From SAR86 cluster bacterium (GTDB lineage Bacteria > Pseudomonadota > Gammaproteobacteria > Magnimaribacterales > D2472): a stretch of DNA of 64,000 nucleotides. Shown piece by piece: positions 1 to 7,961 of this stretch. The notes beneath the pieces were generated by a model, which worked only from the letters and a program-made list of their open reading frames with translations, was not told the DNA's origin and searched no databases. Each line of letters opens with the position of its first letter. Position 1 is the first letter of the stretch. The stretch spans positions 726,315 through 790,314 of the forward strand of contig CP097971.1 of NCBI GenBank assembly GCA_023703615.1. The letters are read 5' to 3'. The position numbers and the translations under genes were made by a program.

Positions 1-1347
1 CGGACTAAAGCATCAGAATATAATGACTTTACAGTAAAGGTTGATGTAAAAATTCCTGAACAATATAACGGAATATCTGTATTCTATAGATTTAGTTGTA
101 ATAATCAATTTTCTGATATTGGCAAAACAATTACCTTACCCATTTATAATCCAGATGAGTTTAATATCGCCTTTTGTAGCTGCTCAAATTATCCTGCTGG
201 TTTTTTTAATGCATACAAAGACGTAGCTAATAACGATGAAATTGATCTTGTTTTACATCTAGGTGATTACTTGTACGAGTATGATAAAAATGGATATGCA
301 TCTGAGAATGCTGCAGAACTTGATAGAGTCAGTATTCCTTCTAATGAGTTAATTTCACTTCAAGATTACAGATTAAGGCATGCTCAATATAAAAGTGATA
401 AAGATCTTCAACTTTTACACAAGACAAAGCCTATGATTGTTGTGTGGGATGATCATGAGTTCACAAATAACACATGGAAAAATGGTGCAGAAAATCACTC
501 TTTAGATGAAGGTATATTTTATGAAAGAAAGATAAATGCTTTAAAGGCTTACTATGAATGGATGCCAATCAGAGAAAATCAAAATAAAACAACTATTTGG
601 AGAGATTTTAAAGTTGGCAATTTATTTCAATTGCTAATGCTAGATACAAGATTAATATCAAGAGACAAACAGCTTGATTTGAATTCATATTATTCTGATA
701 AAACATTTGATATTGAGTCTTATAAAAAAGATTTACAAAAACCAAGAAAATTACTAGGAAATCGACAATTTAAATGGATAGAAAATGTGCTTGATAAAAG
801 TTGCAAATGGTCAATATTTGGTCAGCAAATTCTAATTGGTCCTCAATATATGCCGGCTGAATTTATGGAAATTGATAAATCTTCAATTCCAGAATATATG
901 CACATATATCTCGAGCTTGCAGGTAAAAAGTTACCTTGGAATACAGATCAATGGGATGGGTATCCTAAAGAAAGAGAAAAATTTTATAACACAATTCGAG
1001 ATAATCAATCAAATATAATTTTGGCTGGGGATACCCATTCATCTTGGCTATCAAATCTTTATGATAATAAAAATAGTTTTATTGGTATTGAGATAGGAGC
1101 GCCATCAATCTCTTCTCCAAACGCTGTAGATATGTTTGGCGATTATGCTAATCAAATTGATGATCAATATTTACAATCAAACAAAAATTTAATTTATACA
1201 AATAGCTCACACAAAGGATATGTGCAGATAACTATTAATTTAGAAAATGTTGAGGTAGTTTATAAATATGTTTCTACAGTCAAATCACGGAAATATTCTA
1301 AGTTTCAATCAAAAACATTCGTCATCAATCACAATAATCCAGTATAA
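1..1347 (+). CDS. phoD: Alkaline phosphatase D family (PhoD-like metallophosphatase); 5-prime end lies outside the window
   Basis: Frame 1 is open from base 1 (RTKASEYNDFTVKV...), upstream of the ORF-track Met at 271. Motifs HLGDYLYEY, VVWDDHEFTNN and AGDTHSSW are typical of PhoD-type phosphatases. Confidence 0.85.
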   Translation, partial: RTKASEYNDFTVKVDVKIPEQYNGISVFYRFSCNNQFSDIGKTITLPIYNPDEFNIAFCSCSNYPAGFFNAYKDVANNDEIDLVLHLGDYLYEYDKNGYASENAAELDRVSIPSNELISLQDYRLRHAQYKSDKDLQLLHKTKPMIVVWDDHEFTNNTWKNGAENHSLDEGIFYERKINALKAYYEWMPIRENQNKTTIWRDFKVGNLFQLLMLDTRLISRDKQLDLNSYYSDKTFDIESYKKDLQKPRKLLGNRQFKWIENVLDKSCKWSIFGQQILIGPQYMPAEFMEIDKSSIPEYMHIYLELAGKKLPWNTDQWDGYPKEREKFYNTIRDNQSNIILAGDTHSSWLSNLYDNKNSFIGIEIGAPSISSPNAVDMFGDYANQIDDQYLQSNKNLIYTNSSHKGYVQITINLENVEVVYKYVSTVKSRKYSKFQSKTFVINHNNPV

Positions 1348-1458
1348 AAAAATTCACTTTTAAGTAACAAAAAATTTCAGAAAGTTTCTATACCTTCACA
1401 CATAAGGAACATGATTGAAGTTCAATAGATGTGCTTAAATTAACATTTTTAGATAATC

Positions 1459-1881
1459 ATGAAACATTACATTTTAGTTTTTCTAATAATCTTCTCTTCA
1501 TTGAGTTATTCACATGAAATAAAGACTGTAATTGTTGAATTAAATGGTATGGACTATGTAAACGATGATTTAACCTACGGTAATCAAATACTTTGGATTC
1601 CTGAAATTGATGAAGAGGTTGTTGCATCTGGAAGTGTACAAGGCTTTTTAGCCAGATATAAAAAAGGTGATCTTCCTGACCCTGAAAAAGGTTTTGATTC
1701 AACAGAACAAAGATGGAGCCATTTACCAAATTTAAGTTTGTATTTTGATGAGCCAGCTTTCATATATTTAAGTCATGGCAATGGATATGTGAGACTGTCC
1801 TATCAATCACAAGTTAGTATACAAGAAATGATGGATTACGCCACTGGTAGAAAGTTAAAAATAGTTATTCACAAAAACTAA
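1459..1881 (+). CDS. Hypothetical secreted protein (N-terminal signal peptide), no family recognised
   Basis: 140-aa ORF. Hydrophobic N-terminus MKHYILVFLIIFSSLSYS is followed by a polar mature region. It sits between the two phosphatase genes. Confidence 0.5.
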   Translation: MKHYILVFLIIFSSLSYSHEIKTVIVELNGMDYVNDDLTYGNQILWIPEIDEEVVASGSVQGFLARYKKGDLPDPEKGFDSTEQRWSHLPNLSLYFDEPAFIYLSHGNGYVRLSYQSQVSIQEMMDYATGRKLKIVIHKN

Positions 1882-1928
1882 TATTAAGCTAAAAACGTTT
1901 AAAAAATTTTAACTAATCAAAAATTATG

Positions 1929-3275
1929 TCAATAATTTATCTTCTTGGCATCAAACTTGTCTCTGAAATTTTTAATACGATTCCAGTCACCATTAATAAC
2001 AATTGTTTTACCTTCATCTTGAATGTTTAGATACATATTATTACCATCAGATGAAAAACAAATGCCAGCAATTTCTGAGCTACTATTACCAGCAACTCTT
2101 CCAAGTGGATAAAGCATACCATTTTGAGTACAACCAATTAATCTGCATGCATTGCTATCATTATCCTCACAGATAATGAGATCACCCCACGGTGTGACAT
2201 TAATATTATCTCCTTCCCATAAGTCTTTTGTATCAGTTGATTCATAAAATAATGTGATTTTAGATTTACTTGGAGCATATGACCAAATTTGACCCAGGCC
2301 TGCTTGACCGCCGTCTTTACAAGTAAAATAAATAACACTTTCTGAGTTAGCATCATTTGTAAAAATTATTCCTTCTCCACCACAAAAGATAGTTGCACCT
2401 TTTGATTTACCCTGAGTTTTTGTTCTTTTTTTCGAAGCACTTGGATCATCAATTAGGACCCAATCAACTGGAAAAGAATCGCCTGATTTTATAGAACCAT
2501 CTTTGTTCTCAGTGCTTTCTAAGTTCTTAATTTTAAGAGCTTCGAGAACACCTCCTCCGTCTAACTTATCTTTAATAGATGGTGTAAATTTATAAAACAA
2601 GCCCATGGGGTCATCTTCTGTTTGATATATAGTGCCTTTTTTATCATTAATATCTACCGTGACAGCTTCTCTTTTAAATCTGCCCATTTCTGATAATCTT
2701 TTGAAACCATCTAAGAATTTTGTTTTTGGACAAATCTCAAATGCATAACCATGATCTTTATCGTAGGTTTCTTCACATGAAATCCAAGTATTCCATGGGG
2801 TTTTTCCCCCAGCACAATTCTTTTTTGTTCCTGTAAGACTTCTTCTTGAATCAATTACTTTTTTACCACTAGAGTCTAGTATTAAGGTAGTAGTTCCACC
2901 ATCATAAGGAACACCATTACGTTTATCATATGCAGATATGGGGTCAAGCCTCTTATCTAAATTATCTGTTTCATGATTTATTATAAGAGCATTATTTCCA
3001 TCATCTAACTTAAATGCTGCCATTCCGTCAGGTCTTCTGCCATATGAAAGTCCATCAGCCATAATATCTCCAGATGAAATTAGCACTTTGTATGAGAAAT
3101 TTATAGGTAAATCAAATAAACCAAGTGGGTCTGATAATAGAGAACCATCCCAAAAGTCATTGATTGTACTTTTTAGGACAGAGCTCTTTAAAGCTCCAGT
3201 ATAAGTATACAAAATAAATAAGGCAGAAGACTTTGCAGCAAGTTTTAAAAACTCTCTTCTATTATTAGTTATCAT
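1929..3275 (-). CDS. PhoX-family / DUF839 secreted phosphatase-like beta-propeller protein with a twin-arginine signal
   Basis: N-terminus NNRREFLKLAA matches the Tat consensus (RRxFLK). The internal motif KNCAGGKTPWNTWISCEE resembles the conserved NCAGGxTPWGT..CEE block of PhoX/DUF839 proteins. Confidence 0.72.
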   Translation of the reverse strand: MITNNRREFLKLAAKSSALFILYTYTGALKSSVLKSTINDFWDGSLLSDPLGLFDLPINFSYKVLISSGDIMADGLSYGRRPDGMAAFKLDDGNNALIINHETDNLDKRLDPISAYDKRNGVPYDGGTTTLILDSSGKKVIDSRRSLTGTKKNCAGGKTPWNTWISCEETYDKDHGYAFEICPKTKFLDGFKRLSEMGRFKREAVTVDINDKKGTIYQTEDDPMGLFYKFTPSIKDKLDGGGVLEALKIKNLESTENKDGSIKSGDSFPVDWVLIDDPSASKKRTKTQGKSKGATIFCGGEGIIFTNDANSESVIYFTCKDGGQAGLGQIWSYAPSKSKITLFYESTDTKDLWEGDNINVTPWGDLIICEDNDSNACRLIGCTQNGMLYPLGRVAGNSSSEIAGICFSSDGNNMYLNIQDEGKTIVINGDWNRIKNFRDKFDAKKINY

Positions 3276-3473
3276 GTTTGTATATTAATTATTTTTTGGA
3301 TTTTTTAAATATGTCTTTTTATATTTCACATAATTGTCTCATTCATGAAACTTTTTTGATTGAAATATAATAACCAAATCTACACTTGATTGTTGCATTT
3401 ATTTAACAATTATCAGTTACATTATATTTTATATAGTTGTTTGTTTTTAATTAAGATTAAGAAAACAGTAATA

Positions 3474-4181
3474 ATGAAAGACGACCTTACAATCGTTGTT
3501 CCGTGTAAAAACGAAGAATCCTATATCTATTATTTGCTTGATTGTTTAAAGAAACAAAAAGGTATAGAAGGCATAAGAATTTATATCGCAGATTGTTCAA
3601 CTGATAATACAAGAAGAGTTATTGAAAATCATAAAGATTGGTTGGATGTTGAAGTTATTGAGGGTGGGCCTGTCTCAGTTGCCAAAAATAACGGTGCATA
3701 TTTAGTAACCACTCCATATATTCTTTTTATAGATGCTGACGTTAGATTTTTTTCAAATACAGTAATCTACGATACTTTAAAACAAATGAAAGTAGAGGAT
3801 TTAGATTTAATAGGACTAAATATTAAATGTTACGACAAAGATCTAGGGGCTCAATTAAGTTTCTCAATATTTAATGTATTAAATAAAATATTGTCAAAGT
3901 GGATTCCTTTTGCTGTAGGAGCATATTTACTTACTCGTAAAGATAAATTTTATGAGCATGGTAAATTTCCATGCAAGTATCCAACATCGGAGGATTTTCA
4001 CTTATCGAGGAAATATGATCCAAAGAAATTTAAAATTGCTAAACATTACTTTGGACAAGACAGTAGAAGATTTAAAAAGATGGGATATTTAGGTATGTCC
4101 ATTTATTTAATTAAAAACTTTTTATTTAAGGATAACCATAACTATTGGAATAACATAGATGAAAAACGATATTGGTCATAA
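3474..4181 (+). CDS. Family 2 glycosyltransferase (GT-A fold)
   Basis: LTIVVPCKNEE start and a FIDADV (DxD) motif. I prefer the ATG at 3474 over the upstream TTG at 3390 listed in the ORF track. The 3-prime end overlaps the next gene by 23 nt. Confidence 0.8.
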   Translation: MKDDLTIVVPCKNEESYIYYLLDCLKKQKGIEGIRIYIADCSTDNTRRVIENHKDWLDVEVIEGGPVSVAKNNGAYLVTTPYILFIDADVRFFSNTVIYDTLKQMKVEDLDLIGLNIKCYDKDLGAQLSFSIFNVLNKILSKWIPFAVGAYLLTRKDKFYEHGKFPCKYPTSEDFHLSRKYDPKKFKIAKHYFGQDSRRFKKMGYLGMSIYLIKNFLFKDNHNYWNNIDEKRYWS

Positions 4182-4896
4182 TAGTGTATTCATTTCAGAT
4201 TTACATTTAGGTAGCAAACACTGCAAAGACAAAGAACTCTTAAAATTTCTTCAAGAAGTTAGAACAAAAAAGCTTTATTTGGTCGGTGATATTATTGATG
4301 GTTGGAGACTTAAAAAAAAATGGTATTGGCCAGATAATCATAATAAAGTAATTAAACAACTTATTCGTATTTCAAAATATGCAGAAGTTTATTGGATTAG
4401 TGGTAATCATGACGAGTTCTTAAGAACAGTTCCAACAATTAACATTGGAAATATTGAAACACATAATAGAATAGTTCACGTGGGTGTTGATAAGAATAGA
4501 TATCTTGTAGTGCATGGTGATATGTTTGATTATTTGATGAGAACAAAATTTGGTAAAAGAATAATGTATATAGGTGATTGGGGTTACGATAGATTAATTA
4601 ATATCAATTATCTATTAAATAAAATACGAGCATTCTTTGGTTACAAACCTTGGTCATTATCAAAATATCTTAAAAGAAAAGCTAAGATAGCAACAAATTT
4701 CATCGGTGAGTTTGAAGCAGAAATGGTTAATTACGCAAGAATGAAAAAGTATGACGGAATTATATGTGGTCACATACATCATGCAGAAATTCGACAACAC
4801 GATGAAATTAAATATATGAATGATGGCGATTGGTGTGAAAGCTGTTCAGCGCTTATTGAAGATCACGAAGGTAACTGGATCATAGAGTATTATTAA
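4159..4896 (+). CDS. LpxH-like (COG2908) metallophosphoesterase of the PlcP type (putative phospholipase C for lipid remodelling)
   Basis: Calcineurin-type motifs DLHLG, GDIIDGW, GNHD, HGD and GHIHH. The block GDIIDGWRLKKKWYWP and the C-terminal GDWCESCSA resemble the PlcP/SMc00171-like subfamily rather than true LpxH (GDLFEAWIGDD). Confidence 0.7.
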   Translation: MKNDIGHNSVFISDLHLGSKHCKDKELLKFLQEVRTKKLYLVGDIIDGWRLKKKWYWPDNHNKVIKQLIRISKYAEVYWISGNHDEFLRTVPTINIGNIETHNRIVHVGVDKNRYLVVHGDMFDYLMRTKFGKRIMYIGDWGYDRLININYLLNKIRAFFGYKPWSLSKYLKRKAKIATNFIGEFEAEMVNYARMKKYDGIICGHIHHAEIRQHDEIKYMNDGDWCESCSALIEDHEGNWIIEYY

Positions 4897-4909
4897 CCAT
4901 TTTAGATAT

Positions 4910-4927
4910 TGGTCACTATATGGTCAC
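4910..4927 (+). promoter_or_regulatory. Perfect 7-bp direct repeat with a 4-bp AT spacer (TGGTCAC-TATA-TGGTCAC), Pho-box-like architecture
   Basis: Read directly from the sequence. The 11-bp periodicity and GTCAC core resemble the E. coli Pho box CTGTCAT-N4-CTGTCAC. It lies 14 nt after the stop of the PlcP-like gene. Confidence 0.3.
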
Positions 4928-4945
4928 GTTAAATATAAGGGATTT

Positions 4946-4993
4946 ATGTATTCTAAATGGTGGAGCTATTGGTTCAAAACTGGAACCAACTAG
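4946..4993 (+). other. 15-codon mini-ORF MYSKWWSYWFKTGTN (leader-peptide-like), hypothetical
   Basis: ATG at 4946 is preceded by AAGGGA (4937-4942). It has tandem TGG codons at 4958-4963 and a third TGG at 4970. Its 3-prime half forms a 7-bp hairpin (4969-4975 / 4983-4989). Confidence 0.2.
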
Positions 4994-5433
4994 TCCCTTC
5001 TTCAAGAGATTAGACTATGTCCATGAAGAATATTCAAAACATAGAGAGTCTTAAGTATGAATATATTTAAGTAGTTTTCATGATGATGGCGGAAGAAGCT
5101 TTAAGTCATTAGGTAACTTAATAACTCTAGCTTCTTAGCATGCGCACAAATCTTTTTGCTGTAACTTAATTACTTTTATCATATTCAGCAACAAAAGCAT
5201 CACAATCCTTTTTTGTGTTCTTTTCACATTAAATTCAAAATTAGTTACTTCTTTGTAATATTGAGAAAGTAAATTTTTACAAAACAATAAAATAAATAAT
5301 AAAAATGTAAACAAAATTTTAATATTATTACTTTAAATTTATAATAATAAATGTACTACAATTATATTACTCATTTCGTTGGAGATACCAAAATCCAGAT
5401 GTTATTATCTATATATGGAGGATTAGAAGAAAT

Positions 5434-6363
5434 ATGGGCATTGCAGTAAGTGATATCGTCTTAATTGTCTTGGTGGTTTTAATCATCTATGTAGTTTTTT
5501 TATCAATTAAAATTGTGCCTCAATCAAAAGTTTTTGTTATTGAGAGATTTGGTAAATTTACTAGAATCTTAGAATCTGGATTATCTTTAATTGTCCCTTT
5601 TGTTGATAGGGTTGCTTTTCGGGTAGATATCTTAGAAAGACAATTACCTCCATTTAAAATGTCAGTTATTACAGAAGATAATGTTGAAGTTGAGTTAGTT
5701 GCTACAGTTTTTTTTAGAGTTCTAGATGCTGCTAAATCAGTGTATAGAATTAGAAATATAGATCTTGCGATTGAAAATACTGCTATCTCAGTTGTGCGTT
5801 CAGCTGCAGGAAAACTTGAGCTAGATGATCTACAATCAAGTCGAGAAGCAATGAATCAAGAAATTGCTGCAAGACTTTCAAAAGCTGCAGAAGTATGGGG
5901 TGTTGAGGTAACTAGAACAGAAATACTTGATGTTTTAGTTGATGAAAAAACAAAGGAATCACAAAGACAGCAGTTAAATGCAGAAAGAGAAAGAAGAGCA
6001 GCTATTGCAAGAGCCGAAGGCGATAAAAGAAGTGTAGAACTAAAGGCAGATGCTGAACTCTATGAAGCAAAAAAACAGGCAGAAGCAGTGAAAGTTGAGG
6101 CAGATGCTGAAGCTTATGCCGTAAAAATTAAAGCGGAGGCAGATGCAAAGCAAACTGAATTGATTGCTGAAGCTATAAATAATAATGGTCAATCCGCAAT
6201 AAATTATGAAATTATGAAACGGCAAGTTGAAGGACTCTCAGATATTGCTTCTTCTAATCAAACAAAGACACTCTTTATCCCGTCTGATATAACCAAAGCT
6301 CTTGGCACACTTGAACTATTTCTTGACGGAATAGTAAATAAAGAAGTTAAAAATGATAATTGA
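5434..6363 (+). CDS. qmcA: SPFH/band-7 (stomatin/QmcA-like) membrane protein
   Basis: N-terminal TM helix, then the SPFH core (KIVPQSKVFVIERFGKF...VITEDNVEV...), then an Ala/Glu/Lys-rich coiled-coil tail. GGAGG lies upstream of the ATG. Confidence 0.85.
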   Translation: MGIAVSDIVLIVLVVLIIYVVFLSIKIVPQSKVFVIERFGKFTRILESGLSLIVPFVDRVAFRVDILERQLPPFKMSVITEDNVEVELVATVFFRVLDAAKSVYRIRNIDLAIENTAISVVRSAAGKLELDDLQSSREAMNQEIAARLSKAAEVWGVEVTRTEILDVLVDEKTKESQRQQLNAERERRAAIARAEGDKRSVELKADAELYEAKKQAEAVKVEADAEAYAVKIKAEADAKQTELIAEAINNNGQSAINYEIMKRQVEGLSDIASSNQTKTLFIPSDITKALGTLELFLDGIVNKEVKNDN

Positions 6364-6643
6364 AACCCTTCTATACTCTGGAAATGTTTGGTTAATCATA
6401 GGCTTAACCCTTGCAATTCTTGAACTTACGAATGGTACTTTAATAGTTTTCTTGCCAACTGGATTGAGCGGACTTCTTACAGGCTTAGTTTTAAAATTAC
6501 AAGAAAATGAAACGCTTGGGATCTTTTTAAAAGATTGGGCCATAACATTGACTTTTTGGGCAATTATTTCATTGCTCTTGTCATTGGCTTTAAATTTTCT
6601 TGTTAAAAAAAGAATGATATCTAAAGATATTAATAATTATTGA
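6353..6643 (+). CDS. Small integral membrane protein, possible short NfeD/YbbJ-like partner of the SPFH protein
   Basis: 96 aa and mostly hydrophobic helices. The start overlaps the SPFH stop by 11 nt (translational coupling), as in qmcA-ybbJ pairs. No OB-fold domain is visible. Confidence 0.45.
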   Translation: MIIETLLYSGNVWLIIGLTLAILELTNGTLIVFLPTGLSGLLTGLVLKLQENETLGIFLKDWAITLTFWAIISLLLSLALNFLVKKRMISKDINNY

Positions 6644-6713
6644 TCAATTGAAAACTTTTTAATATTAATGTCTGTGTGTTGTCCATGATTTTAATGGAAT
6701 AGCAGTTATAAGA

Positions 6714-6789
<76 letters not shown>

Positions 6790-6838
6790 ATAAAAAGACG
6801 TTATTGTACATGATGAATTTATAAGATACAGGCTGAAC

Positions 6839-7858
6839 TTATTCGTGACCAGACTTTTTCTTTAATAAATAATGCGAAACGAAATATTCTTTACCATTAT
6901 TTAATGCAAAGAATGCCTCACAAGATAGAAAAAATATTCTCCATCTGTTGAACCAAATTTTGGGTTTGTCATAGTGTTTTTGAAATACGTCTAATATTTT
7001 TTTTCTATTTATATAGTGATTATTTAACCATGCCTTACAAGTTTTTGAATAATGGTTTCCATTAATATCCCATTGATTGATAATTTCTAATTCATCGTCA
7101 AAATACTCAAAAATATCTTTGCTCGGCATAATTCCACCTTGAAAAAAATACTTTGTCATCCAATCAAAATTGTTTTTCATTTCATAAAAATAAGTTAACT
7201 TTTTATGACAAAAAATATGGATAAATAATCTCCCATCAGGTTTTAGAAGATTGTTTAGAGAGCTTAAAATTAATTTATAGTTCCGAAGATGTTCAAACAT
7301 TTCAATTGAAATAATTCGATCAAATTGTGTATTTAACTCTAAACTATTAACATCCATTTTATAGGCTGTGATGTTTGGTAACCCTCTTTTTCGAGCTTCA
7401 TTTTTAATATGTGTAATTTGGTCGCTAGAATTACTAACTGATGTAATGTTTGTATTTGGATATTTTTTGGCTATATATAAAGAAAAACTTCCCCATCCAC
7501 AACCCAAATCGAGAATTTCATGACCATCCTTAATATTAGCTCTTTCTATATAAAGCTCAAGCATAGATGTTTCTGCTTCATCTAATGAATTTACGTTATC
7601 AAAAAGCGAACAAGAATATTTTAGATTTGTTCCTAAAACATGGTAAAAATATTCAGGAGGAACTTCATAATGTTGTTTATTGGCATCAGATGTTTTTTCA
7701 GCAACAGCACCTTTAGAAAGCGCACTAATGATTTCAGGCTTATTGTAATCAATATTAGATTTACTTATGCGCTTATTTGAAATATATCTTGCAGCAATTT
7801 TAATTAAAGCATCAGGAATAAATCCTGATTCGGCTAGTAATAAAAGAAATCTAGTCAT
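6839..7858 (-). CDS. Cyclopropane-fatty-acyl-phospholipid synthase (CMAS) family SAM-dependent methyltransferase
   Basis: SAM-binding motif ILDLGCGWG, then DRIISIEMFEH, and a C-terminal region (HYSKTCKAWLNN) typical of the Cfa/CMAS family. Confidence 0.8.
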   Translation of the reverse strand: MTRFLLLLAESGFIPDALIKIAARYISNKRISKSNIDYNKPEIISALSKGAVAEKTSDANKQHYEVPPEYFYHVLGTNLKYSCSLFDNVNSLDEAETSMLELYIERANIKDGHEILDLGCGWGSFSLYIAKKYPNTNITSVSNSSDQITHIKNEARKRGLPNITAYKMDVNSLELNTQFDRIISIEMFEHLRNYKLILSSLNNLLKPDGRLFIHIFCHKKLTYFYEMKNNFDWMTKYFFQGGIMPSKDIFEYFDDELEIINQWDINGNHYSKTCKAWLNNHYINRKKILDVFQKHYDKPKIWFNRWRIFFLSCEAFFALNNGKEYFVSHYLLKKKSGHE

Positions 7859-7920
7859 ATGTCATTAAGCTAACATAGATAAACTAGTATGAAAATAAAA
7901 AAAATATGAGATTTTTCATA

Positions 7921-7947
7921 AAAAAAAGGGGCTAAAGCCCCTTTTTT
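7921..7947 (-). terminator. Rho-independent terminator downstream of the 1099-aa TonB-dependent receptor (bidirectional shape)
   Basis: AAAAAAA-GGGGC-TAAA-GCCCC-TTTTTT: a GC stem at 7928-7941 flanked by an A-run and a T-run. Confidence 0.7.
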
Positions 7948-7961
7948 AAATCAAATACCTT

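Noticed and set aside
3390-3473. Upstream alternative starts given in the ORF track (TTG 3390, TTG 11261, TTG 12349, TTG 21206, TTG 42110, ATG 43425, ATG 56235, TTG 49804).
   Set aside because: In each case a downstream ATG gives a proper signal peptide or the conserved N-terminus, has a better SD, and/or avoids overlap with the neighbouring gene. The extensions add non-conserved residues.
4159-4896. Calling this gene lpxH (UDP-2,3-diacylglucosamine hydrolase of lipid A synthesis).
   Set aside because: The motif after the second metal site is GDIIDGWRLKKKWYWP rather than the LpxH-type GDLFEAWIGDD. The gene is coupled to a GT2 next to phosphatases, which fits the PlcP-like subfamily better. 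This cannot be settled without a phylogeny.
4958-5035. Possible minus-strand tRNA, tRNA pseudogene or tmRNA 3-prime end (TGGTGGAGCTA followed by a T-arm-like hairpin).
   Set aside because: No complementary 5-prime acceptor strand (GGAGCTA/GGGGCTA) lies within 400 nt. The loop (CAGTTTT in sense) lacks the TTC/GTTC T-loop signature, and the stem is 7 bp with 2 extra nt before the acceptor. There is no tag-peptide reading frame ending in ..ALAA, and no tmRNA-like 5-prime sequence. The TGGTGG is equally explained as two Trp codons of a mini-ORF.
5085-5105. GGCGGAAGAAGC resembles the SRP (4.5S) RNA domain IV GGAAGGAAGCAGCC motif.
   Set aside because: The flanking sequence cannot form the conserved helix 8 (no GNAR tetraloop closing pairs, no matching 3-prime strand). 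The similarity is limited to a purine run.
5199-5228. Weak hairpin CACAA-TCCTTTT-TTGTG followed by TTCTTTTC, as a terminator or attenuator for the mini-ORF leader.
   Set aside because: It has only 5 AT-rich base pairs, unlike the four GC-rich terminators elsewhere in the window. The stability is likely too low to terminate.
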